Shown here one piece after another: positions 37,401-46,440 of a DNA stretch of 64,000 nt; position 1 is the first letter of the stretch, and every line of letters begins with the position of its first letter. The DNA lies in assembly GCA_016871815.1 (NCBI GenBank), contig VHBT01000002.1, positions 17,359 to 81,358 on the forward strand, in the 5' to 3' direction. Under the pieces are notes generated by a model that did not search any database, was not told where the DNA came from, and saw only the letters and a program-made list of their open reading frames with translations. The position numbers and the translations under genes are program-made. Source of the DNA: Candidatus Babelota bacterium (GTDB lineage: Bacteria > Babelota > Babeliae > Babelales > GCA-2401785).

Positions 37401-38591
37401 AAGGTTTGGCGCTATTTCACGACGCTGCAATTCTGCATAAACATATGGCTTGAATAATTCAAGAGCCATAGATTTAGGCAATCCACACTCAGACATCTTA
37501 AGCTTTGGATCAACAACAATAACGGAACGACCAGAGTAGTCAACACGCTTACCAAGAAGGTTTTGACGGAATCGCCCCTGCTTACCGCGAAGCATCTCAC
37601 TTAATGACTTAAGAGCTCTACGATTCGTTCCACGAACAGGATGTCCTCTTCGGCCGTTATCGATCAAACTATCAACAGACTCCTGAAGCATTCGTTTTTC
37701 GTTTTTGACAATAACACTCGGCGCCTCAAGTTCAATAAGCCTTCTAAGACGAATGTTTCGGTTCAAGACACGACGATACAAATCATTTAAATCAGAAGAT
37801 GCAAATCTTCCACCTGGAAGCGGCACCAACGGACGTAAATCTGGAGGAAGAACAGGAAGTACATCAAAAATCATCCACTCCGGACGCATATTAGCAGCCA
37901 AAAGACCAGAAAGAACTCTAAATCTTTTTGCTAATCGATGCTTAACCGTAAGTGCTGTTGCTTGACGATACTGCTCTTCAACTTTTCGCACTTCAAACGC
38001 AAGATCTTTTTGCGCAAGAATTTTACGAATAGCCTCAGCTCCCATATCAGCTTTAAAATCAAAATCATCAGAACGAGCTTCCAAATACTCTTCGTACTCT
38101 TGGCTTGATAACAATGATCTTACTGGATACGGTGACTGCCCTTGCTGTAAAACTAAATAGCTATCAAAGTAAATAACCTTCTCAATATCACGAACCGTCA
38201 TATCAAGAATTAAGCTTAAATAGCTTGGAATACCCTTCAAAAACCAAATGTGGCAAACTGGCGACACCAAATTAATGTGTCCCATCCGCTCACGACGAAC
38301 GCGAGACTGAATTACCTCAACCCCACACTTTTCACACGTTACACCACGATGCTTCATGCGACGATATTTACCGCAATTACATTCCCAGTCTTTTTGTGGC
38401 CCAAAAATACGAGCACAGAAAAGACCATCTTTTTCTGGTTTTAACGTACGATAGTTAATTGTTTCAATTTTTTTTACTTCACCATACGATTTCGATCTAA
38501 TTTGATCGGGAGATGCAATCCCGATCTTAATAGCGTTAAATTGAGTGGTATGAATGTATTCGCGAAAACGATCAAAAATTCTGCTACTCAC
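34458..38591 (-). CDS. rpoC: DNA-directed RNA polymerase subunit beta'
   Basis: 1377 aa. Zn-binding CNCGKYRRMKHRGVTCEKCG and catalytic NADFDGD. Confidence 0.98.
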   Translation of the reverse strand: MSSRIFDRFREYIHTTQFNAIKIGIASPDQIRSKSYGEVKKIETINYRTLKPEKDGLFCARIFGPQKDWECNCGKYRRMKHRGVTCEKCGVEVIQSRVRRERMGHINLVSPVCHIWFLKGIPSYLSLILDMTVRDIEKVIYFDSYLVLQQGQSPYPVRSLLSSQEYEEYLEARSDDFDFKADMGAEAIRKILAQKDLAFEVRKVEEQYRQATALTVKHRLAKRFRVLSGLLAANMRPEWMIFDVLPVLPPDLRPLVPLPGGRFASSDLNDLYRRVLNRNIRLRRLIELEAPSVIVKNEKRMLQESVDSLIDNGRRGHPVRGTNRRALKSLSEMLRGKQGRFRQNLLGKRVDYSGRSVIVVDPKLKMSECGLPKSMALELFKPYVYAELQRREIAPNLRVAKRMVENMEADVWAALEEVVKDRPVLLNRAPTLHRLGIQAFFPRLVEGKAIKIHPLVCTAFNADFDGDQMAVHLPLSDRSRAEACALMLATKNVIASSSGKPVSLPSKEMVLGLYYLTKGRKGLLGDGLVFANTDELVFAYNQEKVHLQAIISLRLADGTIVKTTTGRVLLFDVLPPVVKFEWINKAMTNKDIGKLISKIHRFAGVEPTVEALDKIKTLGFDTATKSGISLCIDDLVVPEAKKSILDSSRSAIEKIEKLYRDGAITNGERQNNVIQVWGRATEDVASAMMKELEANDAQAVENEDLKKKPFNPVFLILASGARNLKSQVKQLGGMRGPMTNPSGDIIETPVLANFKEGLNPFEYFISTHGARKGLADTALKTADAGYLTRRLVDVAQDVVIATEDCKTLGYVTIESLERAGKVLKTLDERVYGRVAAEDWRDPVTNELLAREGDFITHDIIDKLRDSALVSVNVRSVLTCQAAVGICVKCYGLDLATTQKVDVGAAVGIVAAQSIGEPGTQLTLRTFHIGGTASGLLDQTLLSSHVAGRVLFQDVQCVVRKDGSSVVINRKSRILIMSGDGRELERFRIEYGSVLFVTDGQQVQVGEKLAQAEPQRVIVTEHAGKIEYLDLIENVTYHDQYDESTGQSRRFILERREEKRQPCLAIVDKENEVIARYFLPTGTNIVVNHGDVVTQGQVVAKMPQQITKTKDITGGLARVVELFEARMPKDLAVLSDADGKVEFGGIHRGQRRITVTTDDGEVFEYNISRSKHLNIEDGEYVKAGDILTDGLPAPHDILRILGPDELQRYLVGGIQEVYADQGQTIDDKHVEIVVRQMLKKVRVVDPGETSFVVGDRVDRHHLRAVNELLAKDGKKIAIARPLLMGITKASLETDSFLAAASFQETTRVLTEAAITGQVDYLSCLKSNIIIGRMIPAGTGVASFRQKYIGDNRSDFEKRAAEEELLEVGLDKVFLPSGV

Positions 38592-41500
38592 TGGCCTGCT
38601 CCCTACCTGTTCTAAACAACTCTACTTGCAACCCAAGACTTTGTAGTTCTTTTACAAGAACGTTAAATGATTCTGGAATACCTGGCTCTGGCAATTCATC
38701 TCCGCGAACAATTGCCTCGTACGCTTTTAATCGACCATTTACGTCATCAGACTTAATCGTCAACATCTCTTGCAAGATATGCGCCGAACCGTATGCAAAC
38801 AGAGCCCACACCTCCATCTCCCCAAGTCTTTGTCCACCAAATTGCGCTTTACCACCAAGCGGTTGTTGCGTAATCAATGAACACGGACCAACAGAACGAG
38901 CATGCAGTTTATCGTCAGCCAAGTGATTCAATTTCATCATATAGGCATAGCCCACCGTTACCGGCTGCTCAAATGCTTCACCCGATTGACCATCATACAA
39001 GGTATATACCCCACGAGACGGTAATCCAAGCTCATTTAATAATGGACTAATATCATCTTCAAAACTTGCACCATCAAACACTGGTGTTGAAATTCTTAAT
39101 CCCAACGCAGCGGTTCTTCGTGCAGCATCCATGACACCTTCATCACCATATTTTTCTTGAATATTTTTAATGAGTTCTGGCGCGTAATATTTTTTCATGA
39201 AAGCTTCAACTTGCTTGAAAGACATAGCATTAATCTGATCAGCCAGCTTTTCACCAACTTTTCGGCAACCCATACCCAACATAGTTTCAAGAATTTGCCC
39301 CACGTTCATACGACCAGGAACACCAAGTGGATTTAAAACGATATCAACAGACGTACCATCAGCTAAATATGGCATATCTTCAACGTTAACAATCGCTGAA
39401 ACCACACCTTTGTTACCGTGTCGTCCCGCCATTTTATCACCAACAGAAACTGGTCGCTTTACCGCAACATAGACTCGAACAAGCTTAATAACGCCAGACG
39501 GAAGATCATCCCCTTTACGTAATTTAGAAACCTGTTCAGCCTTAAGTGCTTCAAGAACTTTTTCTTGACTATCTAAAATGTCACGGTAGTAAGCCAGTTT
39601 TGTTGTAACATTTTTGTCCGCAACTTTGATTTTAAGTAAGTCGTGAACATTCGCTACCGCAACCTTATCCTTACTGATAACACCACTCGCATTAGCAAAC
39701 TCGGAACCCTTCAAAGAAACATCCTGCAATTCTGCAACAATTTTTTCTTTAATAGATCGCTCAAGAACACCAACCTGCCATGCATAATTTTCTTCAATTT
39801 CAAGAGTTTCTTTTTGAACAACATCTTTATAACGTTTGTCTTTTCGAATACCACTTCGTGAAAGGATTTTTACGTCAACAACTGTTCCCGCAACACCAGG
39901 TGGAACTCTTGATGAAGTATCCTTTACTTCTCGAGATTTTTCACCAAAAAGAGCTCGCAACAATTTCTCTTCTGGAGAAACTTGTACGTCACCCTTAAAG
40001 GTTACTTTACCAACCAAAATGTCACCAGGTTCAACTCGCGTACCAATCTTCACGATACCGTCTTCATCAAGAGACTCAAGCTCTTTTTCACCGACGTTTG
40101 GAATATCTCGCGTAATTTCTTCTGCACCGAGTTTTGTATCTCGAGCTTCGACAACGAACTCTTCAACATATACCGAAGTGAATACATCATCAGCTACGCA
40201 ACGACGACTCACAACAATCGCATCTTCAAAATTATATCCGTACCATGGCATATATGCCACAAGAACGTTACTCCCCAAGGAAAGCTCACCCTCAGAAATC
40301 GAAGCTCCATGAGCGATTACCTGACCGCGCTGAACAAGTTTTCCAACTTGAACCGCCGGAACATAATGAACCCATGTGTTATGACTTGAACGACCAAATT
40401 TTTTCAATCGATACACATCAATTGGACGCGCAAACCATTCTTCATCTGATTTTTGATCTTGCTCTAAGGCGATAATAATTTTATCCGCAGAAACGTATTT
40501 AACAATACCGGTTGCTCGAGCAATTATAACCGCGCCTTCAGCATGGCCAACTTCCCACTCGACACCTGTTCCAACAAGCGGCACCTCTGGTTTTACCAGC
40601 GGAACAGCTTGCCGTTGCATGTTAGATCCCATAAGCGCACGGTTAGCGTCATCATGCTCCAAGAAAGGAATCAAGGCCGTTGCCACAGAAACCAACTGCC
40701 GAGGAGACGCATCAAGGTACGAAATGTCTTCTACCGGCATTCCCTGCATTGCGCCATCTCGACGAGCAAGAACATAAGAATCTGTAATTGTTCCAGCTTT
40801 ATCCAGCGAAACAGTAGCCTGAGCAACTGCTTTTCCAACTTCCTGGTATGCATCAATATAAACAACATTATCTGCAACCTTTCCATCTTCTACCGGACGA
40901 TACACCGCCTCAATGAAACCAAGTTCATTTACACGAGCATACGTTGAAAGAGAGGAAATAAGACCAATGTTTTGACCTTCAGGAGTTTCAATAGGACAAA
41001 TTCTACCATAGTGAGAAGGGTGAACGTCACGAACATCAAGCGTTGCTCGATCCCTGGTAATACCTCCGGGCCCGAGAGCTGACAATCGACGCTTATGAGC
41101 CATCTCAGCAAGAGGATTTGTTTGATCCATGAACTGAGACAATTGACCTGTTCCAAAAAACTCTCTTAAGACCGCAGACAACGGCTTTACATTAATAAAA
41201 TCTGATGGCATTTGAGCTGCATAGGTTTCTTGAAGTCTAAAACGCTCACTAATAATTTTTTCAATTCGAGCAAGGCCAACATAAAATTGAGACTGCAATA
41301 ATTCACGAACCAAACGAACACAGCGATTACTTAAATGATCAACGTCATCAAGCTCACCTTCTCCACGCTCCTTAAGCCCAATCAAATACCGCACAACGCC
41401 AATAATATCCTCAAGAGCAAGTGTTGTAACATCAAGAGACAAACCAACACCGAGCTTACGATTAATTCTTGTTCTACCAACAACGGTTAAATCGTAATGA

Positions 41501-42897
41501 CGACCATTAAAGAATAAATCCATAACATAATCTGTCATGACTTTGATCGATGGCAAATCACCAGGACGAAGTTTTGAATAAACTTCTTTTACCGCCTCTT
41601 CATGAGACATTGCTTGATCTTGCGCAAGCGTTAAAGCAAGCGACAATTGCGGAGCATGACTTGAGGTTTGAATTACGGTCAATGAACACTCAGCATTCAA
41701 TGATTCGATATAATCAAGAACGCCCTCTTTAATCGTACCGCCACGCTCAAGCAACAATTCACCCGTTTTTGGATGAACGAAATCTTCAGCAACGATACGG
41801 TTAATCAAACTACTTCGACGAATTTTAAGGCAATCAACTGAAAGTTTTTTTAATTTTTGAAACACCGGCTCAGTAATACGTTGCCCAACGGTAAATTGTT
41901 TTTCAACTTCCTTGGACAATGCACCAAGCTCAAGACGAGTACCAATAAGCCCTTTGTTCAATGGACGAATAAACTCACCACCTGCATATTCAATTTTTTC
42001 AAACGAATAGAACAATGGAAGAATTTCTTCACGCTTAAGCCCAAGAGCTTGCAAGAATGTTGTTACCAATAATTTTTTCTTTTTATCAATACGAACATGC
42101 AAGAAATCATTTTGATCAAACTCAAAATCTAACCACGCACCTCGCGCAGGAATAATCCGCGCAAGAAGGGATGCATTTCCCCTAAAATCTTTTGTTTTTT
42201 TATTTACAGCAAACAGAACACCGGGCGCTCTATGAATCTGGCTGACCACAACTCGATCAACACCATTAATTAAGAAAATACCCTGATTTCCGGCCTTAAT
42301 TCTACCATCATTATCTTCATACAAATCCAACATGATAGGCAAATCACAAAAGAACACTTCTTGTTCTTTAATGTCGCGCATCAAGCCTTCATTTGTAACC
42401 GGATCAATGTCCCAGGTAGTTAATTGCATTTTTACACGCAATGGAACGGAATACGTTTTGCCACCATATCGGCATTCTTCCGGCGAAGCCTGAGGCTTCA
42501 ATGTTACTCGCGCGTGACATTTTGTACATCGCACATATGAATGACCTGACGCCAATTGCTGATCGGTCAAACGAGAACATCCGGTCTTTTTTGAACCATG
42601 ATGCTTCCACTGATATCGAGCCGCGATTCCCGTCAAATTACCACAAATACAGGACCAATCGCCAAGCTCATAGCTTACATACTCTAAGGCAATCCGAGAA
42701 TTATACTCAACAGGAAAGATGTCACGGAGCACCTTTTCAAGACCAATGTTGAGGCGTTCAGACGGCAAGTAATCTATTTGCACAAAATCATTAAACGACT
42801 TGGATTGAACCTCAATGAGATTCGGCAGCGCGACGACATCTTTCGTCTTTCCGAACATCTTTCTCAAAAAAGTCACACCGCTTTGCACTTCAGACAT
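38584..42897 (-). CDS. rpoB: DNA-directed RNA polymerase subunit beta (with a Cys-rich N-terminal insertion)
   Basis: 1437 aa, collinear with E. coli RpoB (e.g. GPGGITRDRATLDVRDVHPSHYGRICPIETPEGQNIGLI, MAGRHGNKGVVS). 8-nt overlap with rpoC. Confidence 0.98.
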   Translation of the reverse strand: MSEVQSGVTFLRKMFGKTKDVVALPNLIEVQSKSFNDFVQIDYLPSERLNIGLEKVLRDIFPVEYNSRIALEYVSYELGDWSCICGNLTGIAARYQWKHHGSKKTGCSRLTDQQLASGHSYVRCTKCHARVTLKPQASPEECRYGGKTYSVPLRVKMQLTTWDIDPVTNEGLMRDIKEQEVFFCDLPIMLDLYEDNDGRIKAGNQGIFLINGVDRVVVSQIHRAPGVLFAVNKKTKDFRGNASLLARIIPARGAWLDFEFDQNDFLHVRIDKKKKLLVTTFLQALGLKREEILPLFYSFEKIEYAGGEFIRPLNKGLIGTRLELGALSKEVEKQFTVGQRITEPVFQKLKKLSVDCLKIRRSSLINRIVAEDFVHPKTGELLLERGGTIKEGVLDYIESLNAECSLTVIQTSSHAPQLSLALTLAQDQAMSHEEAVKEVYSKLRPGDLPSIKVMTDYVMDLFFNGRHYDLTVVGRTRINRKLGVGLSLDVTTLALEDIIGVVRYLIGLKERGEGELDDVDHLSNRCVRLVRELLQSQFYVGLARIEKIISERFRLQETYAAQMPSDFINVKPLSAVLREFFGTGQLSQFMDQTNPLAEMAHKRRLSALGPGGITRDRATLDVRDVHPSHYGRICPIETPEGQNIGLISSLSTYARVNELGFIEAVYRPVEDGKVADNVVYIDAYQEVGKAVAQATVSLDKAGTITDSYVLARRDGAMQGMPVEDISYLDASPRQLVSVATALIPFLEHDDANRALMGSNMQRQAVPLVKPEVPLVGTGVEWEVGHAEGAVIIARATGIVKYVSADKIIIALEQDQKSDEEWFARPIDVYRLKKFGRSSHNTWVHYVPAVQVGKLVQRGQVIAHGASISEGELSLGSNVLVAYMPWYGYNFEDAIVVSRRCVADDVFTSVYVEEFVVEARDTKLGAEEITRDIPNVGEKELESLDEDGIVKIGTRVEPGDILVGKVTFKGDVQVSPEEKLLRALFGEKSREVKDTSSRVPPGVAGTVVDVKILSRSGIRKDKRYKDVVQKETLEIEENYAWQVGVLERSIKEKIVAELQDVSLKGSEFANASGVISKDKVAVANVHDLLKIKVADKNVTTKLAYYRDILDSQEKVLEALKAEQVSKLRKGDDLPSGVIKLVRVYVAVKRPVSVGDKMAGRHGNKGVVSAIVNVEDMPYLADGTSVDIVLNPLGVPGRMNVGQILETMLGMGCRKVGEKLADQINAMSFKQVEAFMKKYYAPELIKNIQEKYGDEGVMDAARRTAALGLRISTPVFDGASFEDDISPLLNELGLPSRGVYTLYDGQSGEAFEQPVTVGYAYMMKLNHLADDKLHARSVGPCSLITQQPLGGKAQFGGQRLGEMEVWALFAYGSAHILQEMLTIKSDDVNGRLKAYEAIVRGDELPEPGIPESFNVLVKELQSLGLQVELFRTGREQASE

Positions 42898-43041
42898 CCA
42901 CCCGCTCCCATTCGTTAAGTTAAATTTTTATAAAGCTGATAATCAACCACACAATAATTCGAGGTTAGCAGCATTTCTACATATGAAAAGCAAACTAACC
43001 CCGAATTAAACTAAATCACTAGATTCAAAAGAACCCGCTTT

Positions 43042-43413
43042 TTATGAAAGCTCAACCTGAGCACCAGCCTCTTCAAGAGCTTTTTTCATTTTCTCAGCAT
43101 CATCTTTTGAAGCAGCTTCACGAACAACAAACGGAGTGTTTGAATACGCTTCGCTCGCTTCTTTCAAGCCCAAATCAGGACAAACAGCACGAAGAGCCTT
43201 AACTACTTTTAATTTTTCTGAACCACCAGATTTAAGAACAACCTTAAATTCAGTTTTCTCTGCAGCAACAGGAGCAGCTGCAGCAGCAGGTCCTGCGCTT
43301 ATAACAGCAGCAGCAGCAGAAACACCAAATTCTGTTTCAATTGCCTTAACCAATTCTGCCAATTCTGTAACTTTTAAACCTTTAATACCTTCAAGGATTG
43401 CGTTAGGTGTCAT
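43042..43413 (-). CDS. rplL: 50S ribosomal protein L7/L12
   Basis: 123 aa. Ala-rich hinge and C-terminal KVVKALRAV..LGLKEA...KDDAEKMKKALEEAGAQVEL. Confidence 0.95.
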   Translation of the reverse strand: MTPNAILEGIKGLKVTELAELVKAIETEFGVSAAAAVISAGPAAAAAPVAAEKTEFKVVLKSGGSEKLKVVKALRAVCPDLGLKEASEAYSNTPFVVREAASKDDAEKMKKALEEAGAQVELS

Positions 43414-43472
43414 GTGACCTTCTCCAAAACAAATAATTTTTTAAATAAAACGTATAAATTTAACTATAAACA

Positions 43473-43967
43473 CTACTTTGATTCAGCAAGCTTTTGAGCT
43501 GTCTTATCAAGAACTCTAGCAAGTCCAGCAATAGGAGCTTGCAAGACATTTGCCAACTGAGTAAGCAATACTTCCCGCGACGGAATAGCGGCAAGCGCCT
43601 CAACCCCAGCCTTATCCCAAACTTTGTGCTCAAACAAGCCTGAAACAACCGCAAAGCCCTGTTCATCTTTTGCAAAATCAACTAATTTTTTTGCAACTCC
43701 CGGGGTGTTGCTTTTCGCAAAGACAAGACCAACTTGATTTTTCAAGAAAGACTTAAATCCTTCACTATCAGCAAGACCATCAATAGCCCGGACCATCAAA
43801 CGAGCCTTGGCAACTTTCATTACCGCACCCTCTTGACGCAACTGGGTTCTTAATTTTTGAAGTTTTTCAACTGTCATACCTTGATAATTAACAAGAATAG
43901 CGCCCTCTGACTGCTTTACGCTTTCACGCAAAGACTCAATGGTCACCCCTTTTTGATTACGATTCAT
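43473..43967 (-). CDS. rplJ: 50S ribosomal protein L10
   Basis: 164 aa. Sits between rplA and rplL and shows the typical L10 N-terminal pattern (ILVNYQGMTVEKLQKLRTQLR). Confidence 0.9.
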   Translation of the reverse strand: MNRNQKGVTIESLRESVKQSEGAILVNYQGMTVEKLQKLRTQLRQEGAVMKVAKARLMVRAIDGLADSEGFKSFLKNQVGLVFAKSNTPGVAKKLVDFAKDEQGFAVVSGLFEHKVWDKAGVEALAAIPSREVLLTQLANVLQAPIAGLARVLDKTAQKLAESK

Positions 43968-43977
43968 AATCTAACCC

Positions 43978-44664
43978 TTATCCCTGAATTCCAAGATTTT
44001 CTAGACTAAGCTGAAAACCCTTGCCCATCGTTGATGAAACAAATGCTTTTTTGAGAAACTTTCCCTTTGAGGTAGCTGGTTTACTTGCTTGAAGAGCTTT
44101 CAAAAAAGCAATCAAATTTTCAGCCAACTTATCAACACCAAAAGAAACCTTTCCACACGGTGCATGAACCACGCCACCCTTATCATTTCTAAAAGTAACA
44201 CGACCATGTTTTAGCTCTTTAATAACAGGAAGAATGTCAAACGCGACAGTTCCAACTCTATTATTAGGCAATAAGCCACGAGGCCCAAGAACACGAGCAA
44301 CCTTACCAACAAGACCCATCATATCGGGGGTAGCAACGGCCGCGTCAAAATCAAGCCATCCACCTTCGATTTTTGCCACCAGATCTTCACCACCAGCAAA
44401 ATCAGCCCCTGCAGCCAGCGCCTTGCTCTCATTTTCACCCTTAACAAAAGCGATAACTCTCACTTTTCTTCCAGTTCCATGAGGCAACAACACCGAATTT
44501 CTTACGGTCTGTTCACCCTTAGTTGGATCTATCCCAAGAACGACGTCAACATCGACAGATTCGTCGAATTTTGCTCGGGCGGTCTTAACGACTTGCTCAA
44601 GCGCTTCTTTAAGGCCGTGCCCCAAAGAGACCTGAGAACTTGTATCAATCTTCCGCATCACCAA
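43978..44664 (-). CDS. rplA: 50S ribosomal protein L1
   Basis: 228 aa. FDESVDVDVVLGIDPTKGEQTVRNSVLLPHGTG...ATPDMMGLVGKVARVLGPRGLLPN. Confidence 0.95.
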   Translation of the reverse strand: MVMRKIDTSSQVSLGHGLKEALEQVVKTARAKFDESVDVDVVLGIDPTKGEQTVRNSVLLPHGTGRKVRVIAFVKGENESKALAAGADFAGGEDLVAKIEGGWLDFDAAVATPDMMGLVGKVARVLGPRGLLPNNRVGTVAFDILPVIKELKHGRVTFRNDKGGVVHAPCGKVSFGVDKLAENLIAFLKALQASKPATSKGKFLKKAFVSSTMGKGFQLSLENLGIQG

Positions 44665-44692
44665 TACACTCTATATTTAAAATAACCAACAA

Positions 44693-45118
44693 CTAATCAA
44701 CAACACTAAGTCCAAGACTGCGCGCACTACCCATAATCATTTTGCGACCAGATTCAACTGTCCAAGCATTAAGATCTTTCATCTTAATTTTTACAATTTC
44801 ATCGATTGCAGAGATCGAAATAGTTCCAACAGTTTCTGAACCTGTTTTCTTTGCGCCTTTTGCAATTTTTGCATACTTCTTAAGAAGCTCGGAAGTTGGA
44901 GCTGTTTTTGTGATAAAATCAAACGTTTTATCTGTATAAACAGTCACAACAACTGGAACAGTCTCACCTTTTCTGGTAGCCGTTTCAGCATTAAACCTTT
45001 TACAAAAATCCATAGTATTAAGCCCGTGGGGCCCAAGACTACTACCAACAGGAGGCGCTGGAGTAGCAGCACCAGCAGGCAACTGCATCTTCACATATGC
45101 TTTTATTTTTTTAGACAT
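44693..45118 (-). CDS. rplK: 50S ribosomal protein L11
   Basis: 141 aa. KMQLPAGAATPAPPVGSSLGPHGLNTMDFCKRFN. Confidence 0.95.
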   Translation of the reverse strand: MSKKIKAYVKMQLPAGAATPAPPVGSSLGPHGLNTMDFCKRFNAETATRKGETVPVVVTVYTDKTFDFITKTAPTSELLKKYAKIAKGAKKTGSETVGTISISAIDEIVKIKMKDLNAWTVESGRKMIMGSARSLGLSVVD

Positions 45119-45128
45119 TTAACCCACG

Positions 45129-45650
45129 CTAATATTTGATTTGACGAAAATTAAGCACAACCGGCGTCATACGACCGAAGATACTTACAACTACAGTAAC
45201 ATTCTCTTGCTCTTCGTCAATACCTTCAACAATACCAACAAAACCAACAAAGGGTCCACCGGTAATATGAACCTCTGAACCAATAACGATAGACTCTTTC
45301 TCTGAAGACAACGACAACTTTCCGCTCATCTGCGTAAAGATTCGCTCAACTTCAGCACCAGTCAACGGCATTGGATCTCTACCGCCAAGAAAGCGAGAAA
45401 CCCGAGGAGTTTGCATCACAAGTCGCTGAGAAGCACCGTTCATTTCCATCTGAACCAACAAATATCCAGGAAAAATTTTTTCCTGGCGCGGCTCATCTGC
45501 AACAAATCGATCTACCACCTCGCCAGACGGAACAACAATCTCACCAAAAAGATCTTGCAATTCCTCTTCGACCACACGCTTGGAAAGATCCGCCCTTACA
45601 ACGTCTTCATACCCCGTGTAAACCTGTAGAACATACCAACGCTTACTCAT
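45129..45650 (-). CDS. nusG: Transcription termination/antitermination factor NusG
   Basis: 173 aa. WYVLQVYTGYEDVV N-terminus and C-terminal KOW (ITGGPFVGFVGIVEGID). Confidence 0.95.
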   Translation of the reverse strand: MSKRWYVLQVYTGYEDVVRADLSKRVVEEELQDLFGEIVVPSGEVVDRFVADEPRQEKIFPGYLLVQMEMNGASQRLVMQTPRVSRFLGGRDPMPLTGAEVERIFTQMSGKLSLSSEKESIVIGSEVHITGGPFVGFVGIVEGIDEEQENVTVVVSIFGRMTPVVLNFRQIKY

Positions 45651-45674
45651 TTCGCTCCCTTAACAGCTCTCAAC

Positions 45675-45857
45675 TTAAGACATCAATTTCTTCAACAGAA
45701 AACTAAATCCAAAGTCCATGCCAGCCAAAACAACGGAGAAAAAGAACACAACAACCCCTACAGCAACCAACATCTGAAAAAACTCTTCAGAGCTTGGCCA
45801 CGTAACACGCTGCAACTCACTCTTAACCTCGTTGAAAAATTTAAAAAACTCACGCAT
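45675..45857 (-). CDS. secE: Preprotein translocase subunit SecE (60 aa; track ORF trimmed to the internal Met)
   Basis: MREFFKFFNEVKSELQRVTWPSSEEFFQMLVAVGVVVFFFSVVLAGMDFGFSFLLKKL, a single TM. The upstream part of the track ORF overlaps tRNA-Trp. Confidence 0.85.
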   Translation of the reverse strand: MREFFKFFNEVKSELQRVTWPSSEEFFQMLVAVGVVVFFFSVVLAGMDFGFSFLLKKLMS

Positions 45858-45882
45858 AAAAACCTCAGGATATACGCTAAGA

Positions 45883-45959
45883 CTGGCAGGCCAGGAGGGA
45901 TTCGAACCCCCAACACGCGGATTTGGAGTCCGCCGCTCTACCATTGGAGCTACTGGCCT
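45883..45959 (-). tRNA. tRNA-Trp (anticodon CCA), CCA end encoded
   Basis: The minus strand reads AGGCCAGTAGCTCCAATGGTAGAGCGGCGGACTCCAAATCCGCGTGTTGGGGGTTCGAATCCCTCCTGGCCTGCCA, with anticodon loop CTCCAAA. Classical position upstream of secE. Confidence 0.9.
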
Positions 45960-45972
45960 CTTGAACTAACAA

Positions 45973-46131
45973 CTATTTAGTTTCTTTATGAAGAGTATGC
46001 CTTCGAAGCTTAGGACAATACTTCTTAAGAGCAATTTTACCAAATTTTCTATTTTTTGGAACACGAATGCTATAATTTCGCATTCCCGACTCCGTACATT
46101 CCAAATGAACGATTATTCTATCTTTTGCCAT
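45973..46131 (-). CDS. rpmG: 50S ribosomal protein L33 (start at the internal Met)
   Basis: MAKDRIIVHLECTESGMRNYSIRVPKNRKFGKIALKKYCPKLRRHTLHKETK. Confidence 0.9.
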   Translation of the reverse strand: MAKDRIIVHLECTESGMRNYSIRVPKNRKFGKIALKKYCPKLRRHTLHKETK

Positions 46132-46178
46132 CGCCTTATCCTTTTCCCAAAAACCCACTTCCCTGACGCGTTATTAAC

Positions 46179-46254
46179 TGGAGCCCGCGATTGGACTCGA
46201 ACCAACGACCTCTCCCTTACCATGGGAGTGCTCTACCACCTGAGCTACGCGGGC
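46179..46254 (-). tRNA. tRNA-Thr (anticodon GGT), CCA encoded
   Basis: GCCCGCGTAGCTCAGGTGGTAGAGCACTCCCATGGTAAGGGAGAGGTCGTTGGTTCGAGTCCAATCGCGGGCTCCA, with anticodon loop ATGGTAA. Confidence 0.9.
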
Positions 46255-46264
46255 ACCAAAACAC

Positions 46265-46340
46265 TGGAGCTGGCAACTGGATTCGAACCAGCGACCTGCT
46301 GATTACAAATCAGCTGCTCTACCGACTGAGCTATGCCAGC
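46265..46340 (-). tRNA. tRNA-Thr (anticodon TGT), CCA encoded
   Basis: GCTGGCATAGCTCAGTCGGTAGAGCAGCTGATTTGTAATCAGCAGGTCGCTGGTTCGAATCCAGTTGCCAGCTCCA, with anticodon loop TTTGTAA. Confidence 0.9.
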
Positions 46341-46349
46341 TAACATTTT

Positions 46350-46425
46350 TGGTGCGGGAGACGAGGGTCGAACTCGCAACCTACAGCTTGGAAGGCTGTC
46401 GCTCTGCCAATTGAGCTACTCCCGC
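46350..46425 (-). tRNA. tRNA-Gly (anticodon TCC), CCA encoded
   Basis: GCGGGAGTAGCTCAATTGGCAGAGCGACAGCCTTCCAAGCTGTAGGTTGCGAGTTCGACCCTCGTCTCCCGCACCA, with anticodon loop CTTCCAA. Confidence 0.9.
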
Positions 46426-46440
46426 AATACACTCTTGCTA

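Noticed and set aside
39643-40947. Several plus-strand ORFs of 72-158 aa (e.g. 39836..40312, 39982..40389, 40543..40947) antisense to rpoB, and similar ones antisense to rpoC, pnp and the ABC ATPase
   Set aside because: They lie entirely inside strongly conserved genes on the other strand. Their products have low-complexity, odd composition, and no start context or family resemblance. They are typical antisense frame artefacts.
42960-43003. Stem-loop in the rplL-rpoB spacer (cgggguuagu / gcuaaccucg on the mRNA strand), reminiscent of the E. coli attenuator/RNase III site
   Set aside because: The stem needs two G-U pairs, has a 24-nt loop and has no U-tract. It is plausible but not strong enough to annotate.
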